Positions 19,609-29,819 are shown, counted from the first letter of the stretch. The stretch: DNA of 64,000 nt from Alphaproteobacteria bacterium (GCA_963665325.3 OZ224045.1:2080001-2144000); one strand, 5' to 3'. A program made the numbers and translations. The notes: generated by a model from the sequence alone, not told the origin.

Positions 19609-21080
19609 GGCGCATCTCCCCGATCTTCGTCCTCGCCCGGACCGGGCGTCTTGTCATGGGGCAGCCAGGCCGGCGGCAGGCCGGTTGCGGCCTGGGCGTC
19701 GAGCATGCCCTTGAGCAGCGGCGGAAGTTCCCCCGTCCCCGCGCCGCCATTGCCATCGTTGCCGCCGGGGCCGGCGGGACGGCGCACGCCATCGGCGTTG
19801 CCGCGCTTGTCGAGGGGGTACAGCGTGCACAGGCGCTCGCCGCCTCGACCGTCGATCAGATCGACGCTGGCGAGGTTCCAGCGCGCGTAACGGATCCAGG
19901 CCTCGCGCAGGTGGCGCCACGGCTGTGGCACCTGGTAGCGGATGCCCTCGACCGAGACGGTGCCGTCCGAGCGCCTGAGCGTGCGCTTCCTGGTGATGCG
20001 GAAGGCCGCCTTGAGCTCGGCCGAGCCGGGGCAGGATCTCGACGCGTCGACGCTCCCGGCCAGGCGTTGATGCGGCGTCATGCCGAGCTCGCGGTGCTTG
20101 CGGCGGTGATAGTCCTGCTCCAGCCAGGCGATGGTGGCGTCGTTGAGCATCTTCAAGGTAAGCGCGTCGACGCCTTCGAGCTGAGCCATCAGGCGCGATT
20201 CGACCGTGCCCCAGAACGACTCGATCTTGCCGTTCTGATGGGGGCTGTAAGCGAGCGTCGTGACCCCCGCGATGCCGAGCCGGTGCAACCCCTCCTCGAC
20301 CTCGCCCGCGGTCATCGCCGCGCCGTTGTCGGTCAGCAGGGACCTCGGCAGACCGCGCTTCATGAAGGCCTGGCAAAGGCCGTGGACGAACACCTCGGCG
20401 GTCTCGGCGAGGTACCACTGAAGGTGGCAGCCGAGGCGCGAGTGGTCGTCGAGGAAGCCGAGCAGGATCGGCGTCTTCCACTCGCCCGAGGCGGTCAGCA
20501 CGCGACGCTTGGCGCTGTGCATGTCGGCGTGCCACAGGGCGTGAGAGCGCGAGACCTCGTAGCTCAATACCTCGCGGGCTTCGACCGCCGGCCTGGCCTC
20601 GCTCTCATGCCACTTGCGCCGGCGCTTGCGTACCAGCCCGCGAGCCCGCATCGCCCGGGTCAGCGTCGCGTAGGACGGTATCGGGCCGAGCTCGGGATCG
20701 GCCTCGACCCGCGCGGCCAGATTCTCGTGATGAAGCTGCGCCGACCACGACGGATGCGCCCGGTACTGCTCGTGCAGCGCCTCGATCAGCGTCGGCGACA
20801 TCGCGCGCGGGCGCCCGGCATCGGCGCGCGGGCGCCGCTTGAGCGCCCCCACCGGATCGTTGTCCGCCGCCCGCGCCTGGTAGTACCAGCGCTCGATCGT
20901 GGACACCGCGAAGCGCACCCGGCCCTTGCCGGACGGGTGATCCCACTCGCGTTCGGCAAGCCGCTCAAGCTCGGCGTGCAGCCGCCCCGCCGGCGGCGGC
21001 GAGGCCAGAAGCGGCCCGACCACCGCGAAGCGCAACCGCGCCCACCGGTCGCGACGCTCGCTCCCGTCGTTGCTGTTCAT
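19605..21080 (-). CDS. DDE (rve) integrase/transposase with Mu-like C-terminus
   Basis: LWHAD, FLDDHSR, LLTDNGAA, NGKIESFW, YHRRKHRELGMTP. Confidence 0.92.
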   Translation of the reverse strand: MNSNDGSERRDRWARLRFAVVGPLLASPPPAGRLHAELERLAEREWDHPSGKGRVRFAVSTIERWYYQARAADNDPVGALKRRPRADAGRPRAMSPTLIEALHEQYRAHPSWSAQLHHENLAARVEADPELGPIPSYATLTRAMRARGLVRKRRRKWHESEARPAVEAREVLSYEVSRSHALWHADMHSAKRRVLTASGEWKTPILLGFLDDHSRLGCHLQWYLAETAEVFVHGLCQAFMKRGLPRSLLTDNGAAMTAGEVEEGLHRLGIAGVTTLAYSPHQNGKIESFWGTVESRLMAQLEGVDALTLKMLNDATIAWLEQDYHRRKHRELGMTPHQRLAGSVDASRSCPGSAELKAAFRITRKRTLRRSDGTVSVEGIRYQVPQPWRHLREAWIRYARWNLASVDLIDGRGGERLCTLYPLDKRGNADGVRRPAGPGGNDGNGGAGTGELPPLLKGMLDAQAATGLPPAWLPHDKTPGPGEDEDRGDAP

Positions 21081-21128
21081 TCCGGCATCCCCCTCGCTGC
21101 TTCGTGGAGGTGCCGATGATGCGGTGCC

Positions 21129-21743
21129 CTATCCGTGCATCATAGAAACGCTTTCTGCGGGCGAAGCCGGACCTGCGCCGAGCGCGCAAAAGCCGGTCCA
21201 CGGCATCAGCCAGACCAGGCTCCGCAGCAGCCGCGAGCGGAAGCCACGGCCCCGCATGATGCGCAGCAGCCGGCGCAGCGGCGCCTCTTCGGGCGGCGCC
21301 GCCAGCTCGCCCCGTCTCGCCTGCCACTCCCGGGTCAGCGGGAAGGCTTCCAGCCACCAGCGCCGCCAGCGCTTCAGCGTCGAGGCCGGAACCCCGCACC
21401 GCCGCGCGATCGTCTGCAACCGCGCGCCGCCGGCCACAGCCAGCGCACTCACCACAAGGAACAGCGCCCCGACGTAAAAGCGCCTGCCGAAGAAACGCAC
21501 CGACGGCGGCTTCACGCGGCGTCGGCACACCGAACAGCACAGGCTGAAGCGCCGAACGTCGTTCCGAAGATTCGCCGCCAGACCGTGCGGCTTGCGCGGG
21601 TAGCTCGCGCTGTGAAGCGCGCCGCCGCAGCGCGGGCAACCCGCCGCCCGGCACGCCTCCGCCTCGGCCGCGTCGACCTGCTTCAGAAAATCCCAAACCC
21701 GGGCGTTGGAGAGATTGGAGTGCCGGAACAGCTTGTGCGACAT
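21129..21743 (-). CDS. Zn-finger + HTH accessory protein of the element (DUF6431-like)
   Basis: CPRC..H, CSVC, PPSVRF, STLKRWRRWW. Confidence 0.75.
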   Translation of the reverse strand: MSHKLFRHSNLSNARVWDFLKQVDAAEAEACRAAGCPRCGGALHSASYPRKPHGLAANLRNDVRRFSLCCSVCRRRVKPPSVRFFGRRFYVGALFLVVSALAVAGGARLQTIARRCGVPASTLKRWRRWWLEAFPLTREWQARRGELAAPPEEAPLRRLLRIMRGRGFRSRLLRSLVWLMPWTGFCALGAGPASPAESVSMMHG

Positions 21744-21890
21744 TGGGGCCGTCTCAGGTTGATGTCACTGTCACCGAGACAAGCCCTCCGGCGGCCTTCT
21801 TGCAAGATCGCCGGGGGGCACCCAATCCAAAACCTCGATTAATCCGAGCCGATCAGCCCCTGATCGCCGCTGAAAGCCTGCGCCCGCTCA

Positions 21891-22376
21891 TATGGACGTT
21901 CCATGCGGCCAGGGAGCCTGCTCGCAAGAAGAGACGGCAGCCGGGAGCTTGCCCGTGAAATGGTCGGGGTCGAGTTTGACGCGCCAGCCGCTATAGGAGC
22001 GCCCATTGAGGGACCGGGGCCGCGAGGTGACGGTGCAGCCGATCCGCGCCAGCGAAAGGAAGCCCATGCCGGCGGCGTCCTCGCGTGCGACGAGCTCGCG
22101 GCTCCAGCCGTTCCGTCCGTAGGAGAGCAGGACGGAAGGGTCGGCTATGCCTGAGCCGTCGTCGCAGATCGTGACGAGCTGCGAATTCGGCGTCGAGGGA
22201 TGACGGGGCTCGATATGGATGCGGACCATGGTGGCGTCGGCGCGGCGCGCATTCTGCAAGGTCTCCGAGAGGACGTCTTCGATCTTGGCCGAGAACATGC
22301 GGGGCACGCGTTCCAGGGTGGAATCGTCGATGCGGGCCCGGATGGTGCGGGGAAGGACGGAAGGCGAAGCGGACAT
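21891..22376 (-). pseudogene. 5' part of the GHKL/HATPase gene
   Basis: ETLQNARRADA, DDGSGI, AGMGFLSL, GT motifs; cut at the element junction. Confidence 0.85.
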
Positions 22377-22400
22377 GAGCGCTCCTTGGAGAAGGACTGA

Positions 22401-22443
22401 AAGAAGAAGCGCCCCGCCAGTGGGAGGATCTGGCGGGGCGCTC
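22401..22443 (-). terminator. Rho-independent terminator-like hairpin
   Basis: AGCGCCCCGCCAG / CTGGCGGGGCGCT stem followed on the minus strand by a T-rich tract. Confidence 0.6.
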
Positions 22444-22465
22444 GGGTCAACGTCTCCCTTGGGGA

Positions 22466-24613
22466 TCAGGAGACGTTGCGGAGGAACTCCGGGACTTCCG
22501 GTTCCGGCGCGGCGCCGGTGTCGGCCGCCTGGGCGGTGTCGTCATTGGCGGGCTCGGAAGCGGTCTCCACGGGAGGCTTCTCGTGGTCGGCGCTCGGCGC
22601 GTCGGTAGTTGTATCGGCCGACCCGTCGAAGGCGGCGAAGCCGGGTGGGACCCAGCCGAGCGCAGCGGCGTGGCCCTCGGCATTGACGCCCAGGGGAATG
22701 TCGCCGGTGGCGAAGGCGGTCTCCATGGCGGCCGCGAGCTCCGTCTTCTTTTGCTTGGCGTGGGAGTTCACCCAGTCTGCGCCGAGGGTGTGGCCCGCGA
22801 TATCGAGGAGCTGGCTCTTGTTGATGCGCGACCAGAACATGTCCGCGGTCGGCCGGACCTGGCTGGCAAAGTCGATATCGAGCCGGGCGACGGTTGCCTC
22901 GAATTCCGGCAGGGCGTCGTATTCGAAGGCGAGCTGGCCCTTCAGCGTGCGGGCGACGGCAGCCGCGAACAGTTCCTTCTTTTCGTCGATCGGAAGGGCG
23001 CGAAAGGCCTCGAAGCACGTCGAGCTGTCCGGGTGTTCCATCCAGTCGAAGGAGAGGTGCGAAGCGTCGTCGATCTCGTCCATCGAGGGGTTCCAGGCGG
23101 AGAAGTCCGGGTCGTTGACACGCAGGGTCGGCCGGTCCGGGGTGACGCTGGCGGAGATGTCGAGCGCTTTGGCCCTGTAGCTGTGGCCGTCCGTGAAGAC
23201 GGAGCGCGCCATCTGGAAGACGGTCAGGTCGAACGCGGCATCGAAGTCGTGCTGCAGGTGGGTCTTGACGATGGTGGTCCGGATTGCCCGCATGTCGTCG
23301 GCAAGGCCGATGCCGATGCCGGCCTCCTTGCGCGCTGCGGCCCTGGGGTCGGTGTCGCGGATGGCCGGCTGTGCGACCCGCTCGCTGTCGTTGGCCGGGG
23401 GCGCGGCGGAGCCGGATGTGCTGTCCTGTTCCGGCGCCGGCATGTCCTCGGGACGGACAAGGCCGGGGATGATCCGGAGCGAACCGTCGCGGTCGATCGT
23501 GACGATACAGCCTGCGATGGCCCTGTCCTCGTCGCGGTAGGACGTGCGCTGCTCGACTTCGCCCTGGATCCGGGCGATCTCGCTGTGGGCGGTCCCGTAT
23601 TCCGCGGCTTGCTCTTCGGTCCAGTCTTCCCTGGCCGTGCTTTCGAGCTGGGCCATCCGCTCGCGGTGGCGATCGATGGCGGCCTGTTCGTCATCGGTGG
23701 GTTCGCCCGGAACCGGATAGACGCGGCCCAACTCGGCGGTGATCTGCCAATGGACCTCGGTCATCGGAACGGCCCAGCTCCAGTCGCCGGAGATGCTGTC
23801 GGCTTCCCTGGTGAGCTTGGCAGTGGCGAGTTCGTTCAGGAGGTCAGGGTTGTCGAGCCAGGTGTTCGAGCCGGTGGAGAAGAGGTCGCGGAGGAAGCTG
23901 CCGCCCGCTGCCTTGTACGCATTGACGCCGACAAACTTCGCGATGGCGGCGTCAGACGGGATGCGCTCGGAGGTGAGCATGCGTTCGACTTGATAAGCGT
24001 TCGGCCGGAAGGCCATGCCGGAGAGCTGCTCCCAGACGGCCATCTGCCTCGCATGGTCGGTGGTAAGGCTGAAGGCCTGAAGCGCGTCCATGTCGATGCG
24101 CTCGTCGCGGTAGGCCTGGATGATCTCCGGCGCGATATTGCCGAGGCGCATGCGCTGTTTCACCAGGCGCTGCGAGACGCCGAAGCGGGTGGCGACCTGG
24201 GAAACGCTGGCGCCGGCGTCGAGCAGGCGCGAGAAGGCGGTGATCTGGTCCGCGGGGTGCATGGCCAGCCGGACGGTGTTCTCGGCAAGGGAGATCTCCT
24301 CGGCTGGCGTGTCGGACGAGGCGACGATGCAGGGGATGGGGTGGTCTGCCGGGAGTTCGTCCTCGGATGCCAGGTCCTGGAGGACGGTGAGGCGTCGGCC
24401 GCCTGCGAGGACGGCGAAGCGCGGGCTGCCGTCCCTGGCGGGATCGGCTTCGCGGACGACCAGGTTCTCGAGGAGGCCGTGATTGAGGACCGAGGCCTTG
24501 AGTTCGGCCTGGGCGCTCTTGCTCGGCGGCGTCGTGCGGACGTTCTCGGGCGCGAGGAAGAGATGGGCGAGGGGGACGGTCTGGATGACCGCGACGGATG
24601 CGGGTGTCGCCAT
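22466..24613 (-). CDS. Long plasmid-type ParB/Spo0J-domain protein
   Basis: GLLENLVV, VLAGGRRL, ISLAENTVR, MHPADQ, HTH VATRFGVS. Confidence 0.9.
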   Translation of the reverse strand: MATPASVAVIQTVPLAHLFLAPENVRTTPPSKSAQAELKASVLNHGLLENLVVREADPARDGSPRFAVLAGGRRLTVLQDLASEDELPADHPIPCIVASSDTPAEEISLAENTVRLAMHPADQITAFSRLLDAGASVSQVATRFGVSQRLVKQRMRLGNIAPEIIQAYRDERIDMDALQAFSLTTDHARQMAVWEQLSGMAFRPNAYQVERMLTSERIPSDAAIAKFVGVNAYKAAGGSFLRDLFSTGSNTWLDNPDLLNELATAKLTREADSISGDWSWAVPMTEVHWQITAELGRVYPVPGEPTDDEQAAIDRHRERMAQLESTAREDWTEEQAAEYGTAHSEIARIQGEVEQRTSYRDEDRAIAGCIVTIDRDGSLRIIPGLVRPEDMPAPEQDSTSGSAAPPANDSERVAQPAIRDTDPRAAARKEAGIGIGLADDMRAIRTTIVKTHLQHDFDAAFDLTVFQMARSVFTDGHSYRAKALDISASVTPDRPTLRVNDPDFSAWNPSMDEIDDASHLSFDWMEHPDSSTCFEAFRALPIDEKKELFAAAVARTLKGQLAFEYDALPEFEATVARLDIDFASQVRPTADMFWSRINKSQLLDIAGHTLGADWVNSHAKQKKTELAAAMETAFATGDIPLGVNAEGHAAALGWVPPGFAAFDGSADTTTDAPSADHEKPPVETASEPANDDTAQAADTGAAPEPEVPEFLRNVS

Positions 24614-24881
24614 TGGGCACTGCCTTGTCGTGTTTGAAGGAAAGCAAGCGGACCGGCCGGGAGTCCCGAACGGTCGAAACGCTTGGAAAAAAAGGGGCTT
24701 TCCTCGAAACTGGACGGCAGACCGGCGTCGCGGTTCGTGTCCTGGCTGCCTGTTGCGGGTTCGGCGTTTCCGAACTCGGGCGGGACCGGGGGTGTCCCGG
24801 AAACAGGCCGGTCGGTTGCAAACCGGGGTCTCCGGCAAGGGACAGCCCCATGTCGGAGGGCTTTTCTTTACCTGCCTATGG

Positions 24882-25175
24882 TCAGGCAGGTGGCGAGGCG
24901 GCCTGGCGCTGGATTTCTCTCAGTTCGTGACGGGGCGCGGGAGGCCGGAACGGGTGCTGGGGCTTCGCAAGGGCGAGCAGGCAGAGCAATTGGTGTCTGA
25001 CGGGAAGCGTCGGGAAGGGGAGCTGCTTCCAGTCCTGGACCTCGGCGCGGCCGGCTTCGACGGCATGACACTGGACGGCCCGGCAGTGATCGCACTGGTA
25101 GATCTGGATCGTGGGTTGGCCGGTTGGCGAACCTTCGAAGATAAGGGTCGAGTAGGGATGCTGGCAGCGGGCCAT
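24882..25175 (-). CDS. Hypothetical protein (uncertain)
   Basis: 97-aa ORF with CxxC; no family recognised. Confidence 0.3.
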   Translation of the reverse strand: MARCQHPYSTLIFEGSPTGQPTIQIYQCDHCRAVQCHAVEAGRAEVQDWKQLPFPTLPVRHQLLCLLALAKPQHPFRPPAPRHELREIQRQAASPPA

Positions 25176-25393
25176 GCAATGGTTCCGGAAGGGTTGTTCA
25201 AAGGGATTTGATTATAGCGAAAACGGCGCAATCCGTCGAGGTTCAGGATGACAATGTGTGTTGATGGAGAAGGAAAGTTTCTCAGTCTGGTGGAGCAGAA
25301 GATGGTTATACGCAAGGCATATAGGGTGTTCGTCTGGACTCGGACACGGTGTGGGGTTATTGACGGTGACGGGAATTCCGGTAGGAGCCGACG

Positions 25394-25681
25394 ATGGCGG
25401 CAGGAAAGATGGAAATTGCCGAGAAGGTCGCGACGAGACTGTGCGTGACTCGTCAGACGGCGATGGTGTTCGTCTCGGCGGTGGTGGATGCCCAGGCGCG
25501 GACGCTTGCGGAACACGGGGAGGTGACGTTGCGGGGGTTCGGGGCGTTCCGGGTCAAGGAAGTGGCAGAGAGCCGGGCGAGAAATCCGAGGACGGGCGAG
25601 ATGGTGGCTGTTCCGCCGCATAAGCGGGTCCGGTTCAGGGCCGGAAAGGTTTTGCGGGATATCGTGTCGGGTCGGCGCTGA
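25394..25681 (+). CDS. HU/IHF-family DNA-binding protein
   Basis: VTLRGFGAF, RARNPRTGE, VRFRAGKVLRD. Confidence 0.92.
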   Translation: MAAGKMEIAEKVATRLCVTRQTAMVFVSAVVDAQARTLAEHGEVTLRGFGAFRVKEVAESRARNPRTGEMVAVPPHKRVRFRAGKVLRDIVSGRR

Positions 25682-25705
25682 CGAGGTGCGGTGGCGCAGT
25701 ATCGG

Positions 25706-27216
25706 TCAGGCGTTGGCAAGTGTTCGGGTTGCGACGCGAATCAGCGCGATTGCATTCGGTTTGATACGAAGACGGGCCTTTCCTCGTGTTGGGCCGGCGG
25801 ACATGTCGATATGGTCGAGCAGGTCGGCAAGGCGAATGGTTGCCTCGATACGCGTTTCGGGGTCGTCGCAGTCGATGGACGCTTGAAGGTTGCTGGCGTA
25901 TTCGGCCAGGATCGGTTTGAGGTTGATGGTCTCGGGCTGGAACTGGGAACCGATGGCGTACCGGTTCAGTTCGGCTTCGATTGAGTGGATTTCGTCCGAA
26001 AGCTCCATCATCCTGTCTCGCATTTGTGGCGTATCGGTTCCGGTTTCGATAGCTTGCACGAGGCGGTTCATGCGCAGGTTGCAGTCCGAGAGTTCGGCGC
26101 GCAGATGGGCGCGAGTTTCGACGATGCGGTTATGGGCGTCCTGGAGGATATGGTTCCAGTCCTTGTGACGACGGACCCAGGACGTGAGTTGACGGGCGGA
26201 AAGACGGTCGATGTCGCGCAGGACGAAGGTCCGGGCCGTGCATTTTCCTCGCGCCTTGCTTTCATTGCACGCCCACCGATGGCGGCCGATGGTACGAACC
26301 GGTCCCTTGCAGCGTGAACAGCGCAGCAGGGTGGTCAGTGGCATGGCCCCGCGTGCAAGACTTGGAGCTCCGGCCGTGTGTCTGCGGGGGAGGGATCTGG
26401 AATGGATGCGCTCCTGGACTGCATGCCAGGTCTCGTCGTCGACGATTTGGAGGGCTGGAACCTGGGTGATTCGCCAGGTCTCCTTGGGATTGGGTCGGTA
26501 TACGCGCTTGGCGGTGGCGGGGTCGGTAGCTGTTTCGATTACGCCGTAGTGCAGGGAGCCCTCGTAGATCGGGTTTGTCAGGATTCCGAAGAACGAGTGG
26601 GCGCCGGTTAGCGAGCTGTGGTTCCAGGCTCTCGCAGTGTGAGGCGGCGGTATGCGTTCTTCGTTGAGAGTCCGAGCGATTGCCCGGGCGGAAGATCCGT
26701 CGAGATACAGTCGGTATATGCGGCGGACGATTAGTGACGTATCCGGATCGATTTCACGCAAGCCGCGGATGATCTTGGAACCTTCGATGCGGTTTGCAAT
26801 GCGATAGCCGTAGGCGGGACGACCGATCTGTCGTCCCTGGTTGATGAGGGCTATCTGGCCTCGGCGGGTCTTTGATGCGAGGTCCGTCAGGAACATAGCG
26901 TTCATCGTTGACTTGAAGGCGGCGATAACAGGGCCGACGGGGCCCTCATTGATCGTGAGGAGCGTAACATGGCTGAATTCGAGTTGCTTTTGTATATGGG
27001 CGGTATCTTCGATGTCGCGGCTGATACGGTCGAGCGCTTCGGCGCAGACCGCTGTGAAGGCGTTGCGGCGGCAGTCGCGAAGCAGGGCCTGGATGCCAGG
27101 ACGCTTTAACGCGGTGGATCCGGAAACGGCAGCGTCGGAGTATCTGGCGACGACGGTGCCTCCGAGATCGTGGATGTAGCGCTGGCACTCTGCGAGCTGG
27201 TCGTCGATGGATTTAG
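25706..27216 (-). pseudogene. Large serine recombinase, 3' part (interrupted by IS1634)
   Basis: SIDDQ..DAAVSG..RPG..ALDRISRD, AYGYR, recombinase domain, Zn ribbon CSRC..C..C, coiled coil. Confidence 0.9.
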
Positions 27217-29286
27217 CCCAAGTTTAACGTTTTGGTGGCCGATTTTGTCGAGGTTGGCCGGCGCGGTGTCATCAAGCCATTGATATTGCTGGATTGAGGT
27301 TTCCGGGGGCGCAATGTAGTGCCATAATATTTTCACTTGGGGATTTCGAGACCTTGCGCCCGCTCCTATGCTGTGCGCCATGTTCATTCGCCGCACCAGG
27401 ACCGGAACCGGCGAGCGCGGCGAGGTCTATTATTCCCATCGCCTTGTTCGCTCGGAGCGCGACGGCGGGAAGATCCGCCAGCGCACCCTGCTCAACCTGG
27501 GGAGCGACTTCCCTGTCGAGCGGCGGCACTGGGCGGTGCTGTGCAGCCGGATCCAGCAGCAGCTCGACCGCCAGGCCGAGCTGGTTTCGCTGTCCTGTCC
27601 GGAGGAGGTCGAGCGGCACGCCCAGCGCATCGCCGCGCAATTGCTCAACAGCGCGCCGTCCGGCGGGACCGGGCGCCCTGACCTGCAGACGGTGGATGTC
27701 GGCTCCCTGGAGCTGATCCGCCCGCGTTCGGTCGGCGTCGAGCATGTCGGGCTGTGGGCCATGGAGCGGCTCGGCCTGGAGGCTTTGCTGGAGCGCCTGG
27801 GCTTCAACGGCACGCAGCGCGCGCTCGCCATGGCCACCGTGATCGCGCGCATGGCGGCGCCGGGCTCGGAGCGCGCCTCCTGGCGCTGGCTGTGCGAGCG
27901 TTCGGCGCTCGGCGAGTTGCTGGGGGTGGACTTCGAGCGCATGAGCATGATGCGCCTGTACCGCGCCTCCGACGCCCTGATGGCGCAGCGCGCGGCGATC
28001 GAGGCGCATCTGTTCGATCGGGCGACGGATCTGTTCGGCCTGCGCCACACGGTGACGCTGTACGACCTGACCAACACCTTCTTCGAGGGCGCGGCGGCGG
28101 CCCAGGCCAAGGCCGAACGCGGCCATTCCAAGGAGAAGCGCTCGGATTGCCCGCTCTTGACCCTGGGGCTGGTGCTCGACGGCTCGGGCTTCGTGCGCCG
28201 CTCCGAGGTGTTCTCGGGCGCGGTCAACGAAGACAGGACCCTGGCGTCGATGCTCGGCGCCCTGGGCGCGCCGGCGGACGCGCTGGTGGTGATGGATGCG
28301 GGGATCGCCACCGAGGCCAACATCGCCTGGCTGCGCGCGAACGGCTACCGCTATCTCGCGGTCAGCCGGGAACGCACCCGCCGCTTCGATCCCGAGCTGG
28401 CGCTGGCCATCGAGACCCGGTCGCGCCAGACGGTCCATGTCCACAAGGCGGTCGACGCCGAAGCTGGAGAGGCGCGGCTCTACTGCTACTCCGAGGCGCG
28501 GGCGAAGAAGGAACAGGGCATCGCAAACCGCTTCGCCGCGCGCTTCGAGGGCGAGATGCAGAAGCTCCACGACGGCCTCAAGCGGCCGCGCACCCGCAAG
28601 CGGCTCGACCATGTCTGGCAGCGGATCGGCCGGATCAGGGAGAAGAGCCGCGGCGCCGCGGCCCACTACGACATCGACGTCATCGCCGACGAAAGCGGCG
28701 AGAAGGCCCGGGCCGTCACATGGGAGCGCCGCCCGCTCGCCGGCACCATGGCCACCCATCCCGGCGTTTACTGCCTGCGCACCAACGTCGAGGACTGGGA
28801 CGAGGAGGCGCTGTGGCGGACCTATACCTCGCTCACCGATGTGGAGGCGGTGTTCCGATCGCTCAAGTCGGAACTCGGCCTGCGCCCCATCTTCCACCAG
28901 ACCCAGAGGCGCTCCGACGGCCACCTGTTCATCACCGTGATCGCCTACCAGATGGTGCAGACCATCCGCCGGCGCCTCGCCGAGCACGGCGAACACGCCA
29001 GCTGGGCCAGCCTGCGAGCCATCCTCGAAGGCCAGCAGCGGGTCACCGCGACCTTCAGGCGCAAGGACGGACGCACCTTGCATGTCCGCAAGGCCACACG
29101 GGCCGAGCCCGAACAGCAAGAAATCTATCGCGCGCTCGGCATCGACCCCGCCCCTGGAGGCATCAGGAAAATGATCGTCTGATCCCGAACCGGGCGAAAT
29201 AACCGAAATGTAGTGCCAGACGCGAAATTATTGCTCCGTAAGGCATTGATAATCAATGATCTTCAAAATGCTCTGTTAAACTTGGG
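27217..29286 (+). mobile_element. IS1634-family insertion sequence
   Basis: 12-bp inverted repeats CCCAAGTTTAAC; TTAG duplicated at 27213-27216 and 29287-29290. Confidence 0.92.
27380..29182 (+). CDS. IS1634-family transposase
   Basis: RLVRSER..RQRTLLNLG, YDLTNTFFEG, GHSKEKRSD, VMDAGI, VEAVFRSLKSELGLRPIFH. Confidence 0.93.
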   Translation: MFIRRTRTGTGERGEVYYSHRLVRSERDGGKIRQRTLLNLGSDFPVERRHWAVLCSRIQQQLDRQAELVSLSCPEEVERHAQRIAAQLLNSAPSGGTGRPDLQTVDVGSLELIRPRSVGVEHVGLWAMERLGLEALLERLGFNGTQRALAMATVIARMAAPGSERASWRWLCERSALGELLGVDFERMSMMRLYRASDALMAQRAAIEAHLFDRATDLFGLRHTVTLYDLTNTFFEGAAAAQAKAERGHSKEKRSDCPLLTLGLVLDGSGFVRRSEVFSGAVNEDRTLASMLGALGAPADALVVMDAGIATEANIAWLRANGYRYLAVSRERTRRFDPELALAIETRSRQTVHVHKAVDAEAGEARLYCYSEARAKKEQGIANRFAARFEGEMQKLHDGLKRPRTRKRLDHVWQRIGRIREKSRGAAAHYDIDVIADESGEKARAVTWERRPLAGTMATHPGVYCLRTNVEDWDEEALWRTYTSLTDVEAVFRSLKSELGLRPIFHQTQRRSDGHLFITVIAYQMVQTIRRRLAEHGEHASWASLRAILEGQQRVTATFRRKDGRTLHVRKATRAEPEQQEIYRALGIDPAPGGIRKMIV

Positions 29287-29360
29287 TTAGGGTTCTGGAG
29301 GTGGGACGAATAGCGGGCGTACAAGGCTACGCGCGAAAGGTCGGGGCCAGTTTCGAACAT
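29287..29360 (-). pseudogene. Large serine recombinase, 5' part
   Basis: MFETGPDLSRVALYARYSSHLQNP contains the catalytic YARYS; joins the 3' part in frame when the IS is removed. Confidence 0.88.
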
Positions 29361-29493
29361 GGATCGGTCCATAGCATCAAATCCGGCTCAGCAAATTTTG
29401 CGACCGGGCCGTATCGACGACACTACCGGATTGGGGAGCGGTGATGGAAGGGCGGGGACGGCGACCGAATGAGGCCAAGTAATCGGTGAAGGG

Positions 29494-29778
29494 TCATTCG
29501 CTGTTGCCGTTGGGCAGGAGGCGGGCGCTGAAGCCGACTCCGTTCTGCAGATCGATGATGTGCTCGGCGACTTCCCCGGGGCTCCACTTCGAGAATTCTG
29601 CTGCATATACCTCGTTGAATTCGTAGCCGCCCCAGTCGTCGAGATCGCCGGCGTCGGGATCGGCGTTCGCGAGGCGGGAGGTGGTGACTTCGGTTCCATC
29701 CCACTCCTGGATCCATGTGGGCTCGTCTGTCACCAGGTGGGAGATTTCGATGCGGACGGAAAGTGTTGTGCCGGACAT
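29494..29778 (-). CDS. Small acidic hypothetical protein
   Basis: GGAG RBS before ATG; 94 aa. Confidence 0.55.
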   Translation of the reverse strand: MSGTTLSVRIEISHLVTDEPTWIQEWDGTEVTTSRLANADPDAGDLDDWGGYEFNEVYAAEFSKWSPGEVAEHIIDLQNGVGFSARLLPNGNSE

Positions 29779-29819
29779 GTACAGGTCTCCGTTGGATCGT
29801 CTTGGTGAGGGGATGGCGG

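Larger units (their letters stand above)
17541..21890 (-). mobile_element. 4-gene DDE transposon-like element (~4.35 kb) without terminal inverted repeats
   Basis: Splits a gene in frame; one end confirmed by the second copy; encodes Zn-finger/HTH, rve integrase, ExeA-like ATPase and RepA-like AAA protein; left end uncertain by about 3 bp. Confidence 0.85.

Noticed and set aside
18779-19792. N-terminal extension making a 670-aa AAA protein
   Set aside because: Overlaps the ExeA-like gene in another frame and is low complexity; the GTG at 18778 is coupled to the upstream stop
17540-21890. TGA as a simple 3-bp target duplication
   Set aside because: Reconstruction on that basis leaves a stop and frameshift in the host gene
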